Assembly (NCBI GenBank): GCA_963716745.1
Contig: OY970320.1
Coordinates: 1,056,001 to 1,120,000 of the forward strand
Source: an uncultured Gemmatimonadaceae bacterium
Lineage (GTDB): Bacteria > Gemmatimonadota > Gemmatimonadetes > Gemmatimonadales > Gemmatimonadaceae
Reading direction: 5' to 3'
Length of the DNA stretch: 64,000 nucleotides
In this document: positions 54,316 through 64,000 of the stretch, piece after piece
How the letters are laid out: each line of letters starts with the position of its first letter
Numbering within the stretch: position 1 is the stretch's first letter
Translations under genes and position numbers: made by a program
The notes under the pieces: model-generated
Told to the model about the DNA's origin: nothing
The model's database searches: none
What the model saw: only the letters and a program-made list of their open reading frames with translations

Positions 54316-54984
54316 ATGCTGCTGCTGGCGCTCGCGCCGCGCGCCGGCGCGCAATCGAACGAGGACTTCGGCGTGTGGGCCGGCGGCTTCGTGAACGGCA
54401 AGCTTCCGCGCGCGCTCAACGACTCGAGCGGCTCGTGGCGCCTCTGGCTGGACGTGCAGGTCCGATACGGCGATGATGCGAGCACCTTCGCGCAGGGGAT
54501 ATTCCGTCCCGGCGTCGGTTACTCGCTGAGCAAGACTTGGACGGCGTGGCTCGGCTACGCGTACGTCCGCACCGAGCCGCCGTACGCGTCCACCAGCACG
54601 TACGAGTCGCGCATCTGGGAGCAGGCGAGCTGGAGCGGCCGGGTCGGAACGAGCCGCCTCTCGTCGCGCACGCGCCTCGAAGAACGATTCCTGAGCACGG
54701 GAAGCCAGACCGGCTGGCGGCTGCGCGAAATGGTGAAGCTGTCCGTGCCGCTGGGCTCGATCTGGTCGGGCGTGATCTACGACGAGTACTTCTACAATTT
54801 GAACAGCACCAACTACGGCGCGGTGGCCGGCTCCGACCGCAACCGTTTCTTCGTCGGCCCCGGAGTGGCGGTCAGTCCGACGGTGACCATTGAGTTCGGA
54901 TACCTGCACCAGCAAGTGTTCCGGAACAACGATCCGGACAAGATCGACAACGTGCTGGCGGTGAGCGCGTTCTGGAACTACTGA
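54316..54984 (+). CDS. DUF2490-type outer-membrane beta-barrel
   Basis: RPGVGY; ESRIWEQ; RTRLEERF; WRLREM; YDEYF; DRNRFFVG; EFGYLHQ; true start may be 54258. Confidence 0.8.
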   Translation: MLLLALAPRAGAQSNEDFGVWAGGFVNGKLPRALNDSSGSWRLWLDVQVRYGDDASTFAQGIFRPGVGYSLSKTWTAWLGYAYVRTEPPYASTSTYESRIWEQASWSGRVGTSRLSSRTRLEERFLSTGSQTGWRLREMVKLSVPLGSIWSGVIYDEYFYNLNSTNYGAVAGSDRNRFFVGPGVAVSPTVTIEFGYLHQQVFRNNDPDKIDNVLAVSAFWNY

Positions 54985-55072
54985 GCGCGCGCGCCGCAGA
55001 TTTCAAAATTGAAATGCGCGGCCGTCAATCGTGACCTAGATTCGGTGCACCCCTCAGTCGCGAGCTCCACAA

Positions 55073-55327
55073 ATGGAAGGCTTCGGGATCGACAAGATCC
55101 TGCTCATTCTCGTGGTGATCCTCCTGCTGTTCGGAGCGAAGCGCATCCCCGAGATCGCCGGCTCCTTCGGCAAGGGCATCCGCGAGTTCAAGCGTCGATG
55201 AGCGGCATCGCGGACAGCGGTTCAGCGCCGCGCACGCTGCCGCCGCCACCGGCCGAGTCGGAGGCGGACGCGAACGCGAGCGCGAGCGCGAATGCCGAGA
55301 GTCGCACGCCGAAGCGACTGCATCTAG
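55073..55327 (+). CDS. tatA: Twin-arginine translocase TatA/TatE subunit (frameshifted ~55193; not intact in ORF track)
   Basis: MEGFGIDKILLILVVILLLFGAKRIPEIAGSFGKGIREFK read directly from 55073. Confidence 0.85.
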
Positions 55328-55340
55328 CGGGTCCTCGAAC

Positions 55341-55726
55341 TCACTGCCCTTCCAGCGGCTGCCAGAGCTCGACCTTGTTGCCCTCCGGATCCATCACCCA
55401 TCCGAATTTCCCGTACTCGCCGTCGTCGGTCTTGTCGAGCACGTTGCAGCCTTCCTCGCGCAGCGCCTTGAGCAGCGCCGTGAGATCCTCGACGCGATAG
55501 TTCACCATGAACGTCGACTTGCTCGGCGCGAAGTGCTTGCCGTCATTCGGCTCGACCGACCAGGCCGTGGTTCCCTTCAGCGCGTTGCCTTCGCGTCGGC
55601 CCACTCGAACGCCGCGCCGCCCCAGGGCTGAACGTCGATGCCGAGATGCTTCTTGTACCAGGCGCCGAGCGCCTTGGGATCCTTCGCGCTGAAGAAGATG
55701 CCGCCGATGCCGGTGACTCTGCGCAT
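55341..55726 (-). CDS. VOC/glyoxalase family protein (frameshift ~55590)
   Basis: MRRVTGIGGIFF..DPKAL..WY..HLG; MVNYRVEDL; YGKFGWVMDPEGNKVELWQP. Confidence 0.9.
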
Positions 55727-55836
55727 TCGGACCTCCGGTGTGCGTTGAAGTCTTCGAGGGGGACGTGTATTGTGCCGCATGGCGGCTTAGCGCGCCATAG
55801 CGGGCATTCTTGCGTGACGGATCCGGAGGCATGCCA

Positions 55837-56502
55837 ATGCGAAGAACATTGATCCTGGTCTTGGCGTTATCGTTTCTTGGGACAGCGTGTGCCGCGCGAT
55901 CCAGCGCGCAGTCCGGCGAGAAGCAGCATCGCGCAGACAGCAGTGCGACCAAGACCGGCAAAGTGCCGGCCGGGTTCTTCATGTTCAAGAGCGACCCGGC
56001 GCGGCGCAGGCGTTCGGCGACGGAGACCGCTCCAATCACGCACATCGCCGAGGCGCCGGCCGCGCAGATCGCGGTGAAGTGGCAGTTCAATGGCGACCGC
56101 GGATACACGGAATTGATCCTGCTCGCGGACGGCGGCTGGAAACTCATGGGAACTTTCAACAACGCGGGATCCGCGCGCGATCTGGATGTCGTGATCGCGG
56201 TGAGGTCCAAGACCGGCACCGTCTTCATTTTCCATCGCGTGGGCAGCGCGCCGAACGGCGAACATCAGTGGGACGCCAGCGCCAGCAGCCCGACCATCGC
56301 GAAAGAATTCCACAGCCTGACGCAGGGCTTCGATGTGCGCGGCGCCTATCGCCTGCCGACGCCGGCGGTAGGAAGTTCGGAGCAGAAGGCCGAGCGGAAT
56401 GAAGGCGCCTGCGAGACCGCCGCGCCCGCCGCCGCATGGGCGCCGATCTGGACGTGGGCGGCCCCGCATCAAAAGTGCTATCAGTTCAACATCGCCAACT
56501 GA
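55837..56502 (+). CDS. Secreted hypothetical protein
   Basis: GGAGG RBS; signal peptide MRRTLILVLALSFLG. Confidence 0.6.
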   Translation: MRRTLILVLALSFLGTACAARSSAQSGEKQHRADSSATKTGKVPAGFFMFKSDPARRRRSATETAPITHIAEAPAAQIAVKWQFNGDRGYTELILLADGGWKLMGTFNNAGSARDLDVVIAVRSKTGTVFIFHRVGSAPNGEHQWDASASSPTIAKEFHSLTQGFDVRGAYRLPTPAVGSSEQKAERNEGACETAAPAAAWAPIWTWAAPHQKCYQFNIAN

Positions 56503-56600
56503 TCGCGGCCGAGCGCGCGGTGCGGGTTTTTCGGGAAATAGTGGCGGCGGCCTCGCGCCCGTGTACTTGTCTCTCACCACAACTTCACGAGAGCCACTCC

Positions 56601-58040
56601 GTGCGCCCGTCATTGGTCTTGCTCGCCTGCACTGCTCTTCTCACCGCGACCGCCGCCGCTCAGGAGACGCCAACCGAGCGCAGCGCCGCCGCCAATGTCA
56701 TCAAGCGCATGAACGAGCTCGAGAGCTCGCTGCAACTCGCCGACATGGTGAAGCGCCTGAGCGCGCCCGACAAGAAGCGCGACGCCGTGATGGCCCGCGC
56801 CAAGGAGCTGATGGATCGGGAACTCCTCGCGATGGCCGACGACATCACGAAGCACCCCGAAGTGGGCTGGCACGAGACACGCTCGGTGAAGATCCTCACC
56901 GATTACCTCACCGCGCACGGATTCGCCGTAGAACAAGGCGTGGCCGGAATGCCCACGGCGTTCGTCGCGCGCTACAACAAGGGGACAGCGGGCCCGAAAC
57001 TCGGCGTGATCCTCGAATACGACGCACTGCGCGGCACGTCGCGCGATTTCCACGGCGACCAGCACAGCGCGCAGGGCCCGGTGGGGATGGCGGTCGCGGT
57101 GGCAATGGCGGAGTTCCTCACGGCGTCGAAGACGCCGGGCACGGTGATCGTCTACGGCACGCCCGCCGAAGAAGTCGGCGCGCCGGAAGCGAAGACCACG
57201 ATGTACCTCGCGGGCGTGTTCAAGGATGCCGACGTCATCGTGCGCTCGCATTCCTCCACCGAGACGCGGCGCTCCGAAGGCGGATTCGGGAGCTGCTGCC
57301 TCAACATCGACGTGCTGCGATTCACCTTCTACGGCGCGCCCGCGCACCAGCTCACGGCGTGGAACGGCCGCGACGCGCTGAGCGCGGTGATCGAGCTGTT
57401 CAATCACATCAATGCGATCCGGAAGACGATCCGCCCCGAGGCGCGCATCCAGGGGATCATCACCGAAGGCGGCAAGGCGCCGAACGTCGTGCCCGACCGC
57501 GCGGCGGCGGAGATCTGGATCCGGTATCCGGACCAGGTCTACCTCAAGCAGATCCGCGACCAGGTGGAGGACGCCGCGCGCGGCGCCGCGCTCGCCACCG
57601 GCACGAAAGTGCACATCGAGGCCGACTCGGCCGCGCGCGATGGCATCTCCGTGGCGGCGCTCAACGATCTCGCGTTCGCATTCCAGCGTCAGCTCGGCGC
57701 GACGCACGTGAACGCCGAGCCCGGCGCGCCGATCCCGTACGAGGAGACAGGCACCGTGGCGACGCAGATCCCCGGCGTGGGCGTCACCGCGTACAGCTCG
57801 AGCGGCGGCTATCACACGTTCGAAATGGAGACCGACGCGCTGAACGACATCGGGCATCATGCGTTCGTGATCGACGCGCAGACAATGACGGGCATCCTCT
57901 ACGCGTACGCGACCGACGCCAAGTACCGCGCGACCGTGACGAAGGAGTTCACGGGACTGCAGGGGCTGTACGCGGATTATCTCAAGCAATTGAGCGGCGC
58001 GTATCCGCTGCCGAACGTGCCGGATCCGGAGAAGCACTAA
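56601..58040 (+). CDS. Secreted M20 family amidohydrolase/peptidase (AbgB-like)
   Basis: HPEVGWHE; EYDAL; GTPAEE; G.PAH..WNGRDAL; GGKAPNVVP. Confidence 0.88.
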   Translation: MRPSLVLLACTALLTATAAAQETPTERSAAANVIKRMNELESSLQLADMVKRLSAPDKKRDAVMARAKELMDRELLAMADDITKHPEVGWHETRSVKILTDYLTAHGFAVEQGVAGMPTAFVARYNKGTAGPKLGVILEYDALRGTSRDFHGDQHSAQGPVGMAVAVAMAEFLTASKTPGTVIVYGTPAEEVGAPEAKTTMYLAGVFKDADVIVRSHSSTETRRSEGGFGSCCLNIDVLRFTFYGAPAHQLTAWNGRDALSAVIELFNHINAIRKTIRPEARIQGIITEGGKAPNVVPDRAAAEIWIRYPDQVYLKQIRDQVEDAARGAALATGTKVHIEADSAARDGISVAALNDLAFAFQRQLGATHVNAEPGAPIPYEETGTVATQIPGVGVTAYSSSGGYHTFEMETDALNDIGHHAFVIDAQTMTGILYAYATDAKYRATVTKEFTGLQGLYADYLKQLSGAYPLPNVPDPEKH

Positions 58041-58054
58041 CGGCGGCGCGCTCC

Positions 58055-59322
58055 CTAGTGCACTTCGAACCTCCAGAACGAGAAGCCGAAGCGCCCGGCG
58101 CTTTCGTTCTGGAGCGGAGTCACCACGGCGAGGCCGCCATCGGCGAGGAATGTGATCGCCAGATATTCTCCGGCGGTCTGGCGGACTTTGGGGTTCTCGT
58201 GACGTGAGCTGAGTCCCCAGCTGTCCGGCATGAAGGGCGCGGCCTGCACAATGACCGGCAGCGAATCGCCGCCTCGCACATCGATTACCGCGACGTGCGC
58301 TTGCAAGACTGTCGCCGGATCCTGAACTCCACGTGGCCGCGAGATGGCCGCGATCTCGCGCGATCAGGTATGGGTAGTAGCGGAGCGCGCCGCCCGCGAC
58401 GAGCTGCCACGACTTCCACGTGCTCCCTTGGTCTCGCGACTCGGCGAGCCAGAGGCCTCCACGATTCGTCCACAGCGAATAGAGCGCACCCGTCGAGTCC
58501 CACGCCAGCGGTTCCACCCACCGCGGAACGGGCTCGGCGTCGGCGGTGTCATGAGCCCACTCGCGCTCGCCCGGCGCCGGGCGGTTCGTCCACGTCGCCC
58601 CTCCATTGGTGCTCACAGCGATCTGATCGACGCCCGCATCGAACTTGTTCCCTGACGCCGAGATCGGCGCGATGCGCACCGCGAGTTCGCCGTGCGGGCC
58701 GACGGCCAGGTGGCTCGAGCCGCCCACCGTGGTGACGCGACTCAACTCGATCCATGTGGCTCCCGCATCGCGGCTCACTGCATGGCAACACCGTGGCCAT
58801 CGTTCCAGATCACGTGCACCGTGCCGTCGGGCGCGACCGCGACCCATGGGCGATCGACGAATCGCACCTTGGAAAGCGATGACCAGTGCCAAGTCGCACC
58901 AACATCATGGCTGACGCCGATCGCGATCTCCGTGCCCTGGCCCACGCTGCGATCGAACGCCATCGAGACGAAATAGAGCGTGCCGTCGCGAGCGACCGCG
59001 AGATCCACGTCGGAATTGCCGATCGCTCCATCGGCTTCCGTGCCGACATCCACGCGGGTCCACGTGACGCCGTGATCGGCGCTCTTCCAGAGCTTGGGCC
59101 CGGGGTCGCCATATCCGCTGGCGAACAGCAAACCGCTTGGAGATCTCGAGGATCATCGGCTCGCGCGCGAGCGCGCCGGCGACATCGACGTGACTGACCA
59201 ACGCGAGGAGATGGAGCCGGCGGCTGGTCGGAATTGGAACCAGCGCCGTGCGTCGAGCATCCGGTGCTCAGCGCGAGGAAGAACACCGTGCCTGCGGCAC
59301 GGCGCGAGCGATACGAGATCAT
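58055..59322 (-). CDS. BNR/sialidase-like lipoprotein (multiple frameshifts)
   Basis: LALSTGC lipobox; Asp-boxes SADHGVTW, SHDVGATW, SRDAGATW, STNGGATW, SRDQGSTW across frames. Confidence 0.75.
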
Positions 59323-59428
59323 TGTGTGAAAGGTCCTCGCGTGGCAGCGGAAGTAGACGATTCGCTCATGCGACTTCCACCAAGAGACACGCTGCGCCGC
59401 TCCGTCGCAATGAAGCGGCGCGCGATCT

Positions 59429-60693
59429 TCACCCGCGCCCCGATCCCTCCGCTCGCGCTAACAAGAGTTCCCGCTCGCGGCGATTCGCCGTCAGCGCCGC
59501 CGCCCGCTCGAACTCCGCCCGCGCCTCGCCGAATCTGCCCAGCTTGAACAGAAGATCCCCGCGCACGCTCGGCAGCAGATGATAGCTCTTGAGTGCCGGA
59601 TCGTCGGCGATCGCATCCACGATCGCCAAGCCTTCCGCCGGCCCGAACGCCATCGAGTATGCGACGGCGCGGTTGAGCTCTACCACCGGTGAGGGAGTGA
59701 GTTGCGCCAGCGCGTCGTACAGAGCGGTGATCTGCGTCCACGCGGTGTCCTCGGGCACAGCTGCGCGAGCATGACAGGCCGCGATCGCCGCTTGCAGCAT
59801 GTAGGGCCCGAGCGCCCCGCCCCGCTCCATCGCGCGATCGAGCGCCGCCAACCCGCGTCCGATCAGCACGCGGTCCCACCGGCTGCGATCCTGATCCATG
59901 AGCAGGATCGGCTCGCCCGTCGCGCTCACCCGCGCCCGCAGCCGCGACGCCTGGATCTCCATGAGCGATACCAGTCCGTGCACCTCCGGGTTCTCGGGCT
60001 GCAGCTCGGCGAGCACGCGGCCCAGGCGGAGCGCGTCCTCACAAAGCGCCGGCCGAACCCAGTCGTCGCCCGCAGTGGCTGAATATCCTTCGTTGAAGAT
60101 CATGTAGATCACTTCGAGCACCGATGCGAGGCGCGGCGCGCAGCTCCGTGCCGCGCGGCACCTCGAACGGCACGTGCGCCGCTGCCAGCGTGCGCTTGGC
60201 CCGCACGATCCGCTGCTGCACCGTCGGCACCGTCGTCAGGAATCCGCGCGCGATCTCCTCGGCGGTGAGGCCGCCGAGCAGGCGCAGCGTGAGCGCGAGG
60301 CGGCTCTCGACGGAGAGCACCGGGTGGCACGCGATGAAGATCAGCCGCAGCAAGTCGTCGCCGATCTCGTCGTCGATCGCCTCATCCAACTCCGCATTCG
60401 GCGTCCTCGCGCTCCTTCATCTCGACTTTCCACTCGCCGTGCTTGCGGTCGAGCATCGGCCGGCGTCGGAGGTGGTCGATCGCCCGGCGCTTGGCCGTGG
60501 ACATGAGCCACGCGCCGGGATTGTCCGGTACGCCAGTCTCCGGCCACTGCTCGAGTGCGGCCACCAGTGCGTCCTGCGCAAAATCCTCGGCCAGCCCAAC
60601 GTCGCCGACCATCCGCGCGAGGCCGGCAATGACACGCGGAGACTCGATGCGCCAAACAGCATCGATGGCGCGATGCGCGGGCGAGTCGTTCAC
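59429..60693 (-). CDS. ECF sigma factor with long C-terminal extension (ECF42-type); frameshifts ~60390, ~60130
   Basis: LAEDFAQDALVAALEQWP..GVPDNPGAWL; DDLLRLIFIACHP; IFNEGY; SPVVELNRAVA. Confidence 0.92.
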
Positions 60694-61041
60694 CTACCGT
60701 CCCAACGGCTGATCGTTGATCGGGCGGACGATCGAGCGACCATCCCCCGCGATATTCACGAATCGCGTGCTCCAATCCGCGAGCTCCTTCTGCGAGTTGA
60801 ATCGCATCACCGCGAAGCCGCCGATCACTTCCTTGGCCTCGGTGTACGGGCCGTCCTTCACTACTACTTTCCCCTGTTTCCGCGTGATCACGGTGGCCGG
60901 CGCGCCGGGATCCCACCCGCCGGTGTCGAGGAGCACGCCGGCCTTCACCGCCTCCTCAATGAAGGCGCCCATCTTCTGCATCGCCTCCGGTGTGGGCGCG
61001 CTGATGTCGCCGTCGGGATACCACAGTGCCAGGACTCGCAT
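60694..61041 (-). CDS. YciI/DGPF family protein
   Basis: KAGVLLDTGG; DGPYTEAKEVIGGF. Confidence 0.9.
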   Translation of the reverse strand: MRVLALWYPDGDISAPTPEAMQKMGAFIEEAVKAGVLLDTGGWDPGAPATVITRKQGKVVVKDGPYTEAKEVIGGFAVMRFNSQKELADWSTRFVNIAGDGRSIVRPINDQPLGR

Positions 61042-61070
61042 GATGAATTCTCCGAATGTGAGAGTAAAGG

Positions 61071-61458
61071 TCAGCATCGCGCCGCGGCCTGCACGTCGGC
61101 GGGAAAATCTTCCATCTCCGGGATCTGGCGGACCTCGATCATGTCGCCGTCGAGCATCGGCGCGCGCTTGGCCCACTCGATCGCCTCGTCGCGCGACTTG
61201 ACCTGGATCAGCCAGTAGCCGCCGACCATCTCCTTCGACTCCGCGAACGGTCCGTCTCTCACGCTCGGCTTGCCGGCGGAGAACGACACCCGCGCGGCCT
61301 TGGCCGGCGGAGTCAGCCCATCGAGGCCGAGCAGGACGCCGGCCTTGGTGAGCGAAGCTGTTGTACTTCGCCATCTTGGCCACGAGATCGGCGGGCGGCA
61401 CGAAATCGGCCGTCGCGTCCTCGTACGCCTTGGGGATCACCAGCATCATGAATCGCAT
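61071..61458 (-). CDS. YciI/DGPF family protein (frameshift ~61355)
   Basis: MRFMMLVIP; DGPFAESKEMVGGYWLIQVKS.DEAIEWA; IEVRQI. Confidence 0.9.
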
Positions 61459-61511
61459 TGAAGCATCCTCGTTGATCGAGTGAAGAAGGTAGGAGCGGCT
61501 CTCAATGGTGC

Positions 61512-61538
61512 GTCGAACGAGCCGCGGTAGAATCGACA
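61512..61538 (-). promoter_or_regulatory. ECF42-type promoter
   Basis: TGTCGA-17 nt-CGAC upstream of the yciI-yciI-sigma operon, matching the ECF42 consensus as I recall it. Confidence 0.75.
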
Positions 61539-61676
61539 GGGGAAGTCACGATAATATGATGGTTCGAATTCCGGACGAGCGATGCAAGGCTGGTAGCCGC
61601 GTCATGCCAGGCGTGCGATATTGGACGCCGTCGCGCATGGACCTTCGTGCGCCCCTCTCGGCTGGAGCGCACCACG

Positions 61677-62867
61677 ATGAGGTTGAACAGCCAGTGGCTC
61701 GCAGTGCCCATCATCGCGTGTCTCGCGGTGATCGCCGTCAGAGCCGATCAGCACTACGAGAATAGCCGCGGCCGGGAGAGGTTCATCGACGACGCAGGCA
61801 TGATCACTCCAGGATTCGGCCAACGCATAAACCGGTACCTGGACGATGTGATGGATGAATCCGGCGTAGACTTCCGCGTCAGGACCGTCAACGGTACGCG
61901 CGGGCAGCCACTGCCCGCGTTCACCTTGGACATGATGCGGAAACAAGGCATCGGGAAGGAGGTCGGCGGGCGAGGTCTGCTGTTGGTGATCGATGCCTCG
62001 ACGCGTCAGGCGCGCATCGAGGTGGGGCCGCATCTCGAGGGAGTGTTGCCCGACGGCTTGATCGGCTTCCTGCTCCGCAACGACCTTGGCGCGATATGGG
62101 ACAGTGCGGGCGCGGCATGGGGGGTCTGGACGACGCTGCTCATCGTTCATGACCGGATCCGCTTCGCCCGACTCGGCGCCGAGTTCGACCCGCGTGTGCT
62201 CGACTACATCACGGATGTGCGGAGCCTGGCGCGCGGCGGCGGTGCGTCCGTGCCCATCCCCCATCGTGCCAAGCTTGAACGCCTCTTGGGTCAGCAAACC
62301 GACTCCGCGCTCGCGGCGTACTTCGGCCCACAGCCGACCGTCGAGGAAGTCTACCAACGGGAGCTGGAGTACCTCGCCTTGGGGCTTTGGCCGCGCTACG
62401 TGCCGCTATACCTGCCGAGTTCTCGCGATCTCATGCTGATACAACCGAGTTCTCTCGGGTGGAACGACTACATCCTCATGACGAGATACCCATTCACGTA
62501 CGAGATCGATGAGCGCGGCGACTTCGCCATGCTGACCTACACATAGACGCCTTTCCAGTCTCCGCTCTTTTTTCGCAAAGGCAAAGATGGATGGCAAATG
62601 GACATGGTCGCGGAGTTTCGGAACAGCCAAGAGGTGATCGGGACGTACTTTTCGTGGCGCATTCTCGTGGGAAGGGATCGGTCGAGCAATGTCTTCGGGG
62701 ATCGGTTCGAGCAGTTCAATGGCACTGGCTTCGGCCAGTTCCTCCGCGTGCACGGCGGCGACAATCGGCCGCTGTGCATACACGGGGCCCCGAAGGGGTC
62801 CAAGTTGTCGAAACTGATTCCATCGCAGTGTCTACCCGACTCGCTGCGGGCGCGCGACTCGCAGTAG
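61677..62867 (+). CDS. TPM-domain protein (in-frame TAG at 62544)
   Basis: IDDAGMI; GIGKEVGGRGLLLVID...ARIEVG..LEGVLPD; ORF 62598-62867 is in the same frame. Confidence 0.75.
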
Positions 62868-62895
62868 CCGGCATTTGCCGCGGAGGTGTGAGGCA

Positions 62896-63441
62896 ATGGC
62901 TAAGCTCGTGTTCGGCATGATGCAGTCCCTCGACGGCTACGTCGATGATGTCGCGGGCGGGTTGGTGATCCCTCCGCCCGGCGTCGCGCTTGGCCGTCAT
63001 TTCATGGATCACGTTCGCGGCCTCGCCGGCTGCTTGTACGGCCGGCGGATATACGAGATCATGCGCTACTGGGAGCACCCTCGACCCGAGTGGGATGCGG
63101 ATGACCACGCCTTCGCGGCGGCGTGGCTGTCGAAGCCGAAGTGGGTCGTCTCACGCACGTTGAAGTCGGTCGGAGCGAACGCCACACTTGTCGGCGAGAA
63201 CCTCGAGGCGTTCGTGCGCAAACTGAAGGGAGACGTCGAGGGTGAGATCGACGTCGCGGGGCCCGTGTTGGCCTCGAGCCTCACCGAGCTCGGTCTCATC
63301 GACGAGTATCGGCTGTACTATCGCCCCTTCGTGCTCGGCGCCGGCAAGCCGTACTTCGCCGGCGCCCGGCCGCCGCTCCGCATCATTGCCAGCGATCGCG
63401 TCGGCGAGGACGCGGTTCGGGTGACGTGTGTGCCAGCATGA
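62896..63441 (+). CDS. Dihydrofolate reductase / RibD C-terminal family protein
   Basis: MQSLDGY; LYGRRIYE; PKWVVSRTL; GLIDEYRL..P.VLG.GKPYF. Confidence 0.92.
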   Translation: MAKLVFGMMQSLDGYVDDVAGGLVIPPPGVALGRHFMDHVRGLAGCLYGRRIYEIMRYWEHPRPEWDADDHAFAAAWLSKPKWVVSRTLKSVGANATLVGENLEAFVRKLKGDVEGEIDVAGPVLASSLTELGLIDEYRLYYRPFVLGAGKPYFAGARPPLRIIASDRVGEDAVRVTCVPA

Positions 63442-63599
63442 GCATGTTATTCTGTCCCGGCCTCACTCCGAGCTCGTAGCCGACCGCGAGGCCGCGGATT
63501 TGCGAATGCTGCGCATGACGCTGCCTATTTGAGCCGCCCGTAGCTGACGGGGCCAGCGTCCCGATTCGCATCCTGCATCAACCCAAATCTTCGCATCCA

Positions 63600-64000
63600 A
63601 TGACCAGATCACTACTGCTCCTCCTGGCCGCGGCTCTTCTTCGTCCGCTGCCCGCACAGTCCCCGCCCGCCCAGGCGTCAGCGTCGGCACTCGACAGCGT
63701 GTTCAAGCCCGTCAAGTGGCGTTCCATCGGGCCGTTCCGCGGCGGACGCTCGGTGGCGGGCACCGGCGTCGTGGGCGATCCGAAGACGTACTACATGGGC
63801 AGCACCGGCGGCGGCGTCTGGAAGACCGACAACATGGGGATCACCTGGCGCAATATCTCCGACGGCTATTTCAAGACGGGCTCCGTCGGCGCCATCGCGG
63901 TCGCCGAGTCCGATCCGAACGTGGTCTATGTCGGCATGGGCGAGCACGCGGTGCGCGGGGTCATGACCGGCTCGGGGGACGGGGTCTATCGCTCCACCGA
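63600..64000 (+). CDS. Secreted VPS10/BNR glycosyl hydrolase-like protein (runs off window)
   Basis: Signal peptide; [25 protein letters not shown]; paralog of 6957-10202. Confidence 0.9.
   Translation, partial: MTRSLLLLLAAALLRPLPAQSPPAQASASALDSVFKPVKWRSIGPFRGGRSVAGTGVVGDPKTYYMGSTGGGVWKTDNMGITWRNISDGYFKTGSVGAIAVAESDPNVVYVGMGEHAVRGVMTGSGDGVYRST

Noticed and set aside
62544..62546. In-frame TAG in the TPM gene (and ~26962 in the HAD gene) as amber recoding or pyrrolysine
   Set aside because: Several genes here end normally in TAG, no pyl machinery is seen, and the HAD case sits beside a frameshift. Sequence error is more likely.
62806..62832. Second ECF42 promoter upstream of the DHFR-like gene
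   Set aside because: TGTCGA is present but the -10 position reads TGTC rather than CG(A/T)C, and it lies within a coding region.

Overview
GC-rich bacterial chromosomal segment. The gene repertoire (orphan duplicated ABC permeases with PadR regulators, three VPS10/BNR glycosyl-hydrolase-like proteins, a Ser/Thr kinase starting 'LADRYRIER..GAGGMATVYLA') suggests Gemmatimonadota or a similar soil lineage; this is an inference. There are about 50 genes, mostly secreted, envelope or accessory functions. They include an ABC-F ATPase, an AsmA-like protein, two sulfatases with a HAD phosphatase and a two-component system, a beta-carbonic anhydrase, TatA and an ECF42-type sigma/YciI operon. Many genes carry 1-bp frameshifts, most likely long-read consensus errors. 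No rRNA, tRNA, CRISPR array, transposase or integrase was seen. Most notable: (1) a two-gene unit at 2057-3658 pairing an orphan Hcp-domain fusion with a secreted helical protein whose C-terminus resembles T3SS needle/filament proteins, the two sharing an unannotated domain; (2) a GxxExxY nuclease gene sitting among four 9-bp-periodic palindromic repeats that separate neighbouring genes; (3) two further families of long palindromic REPIN-like elements plus 7-mer-repeat hairpins.
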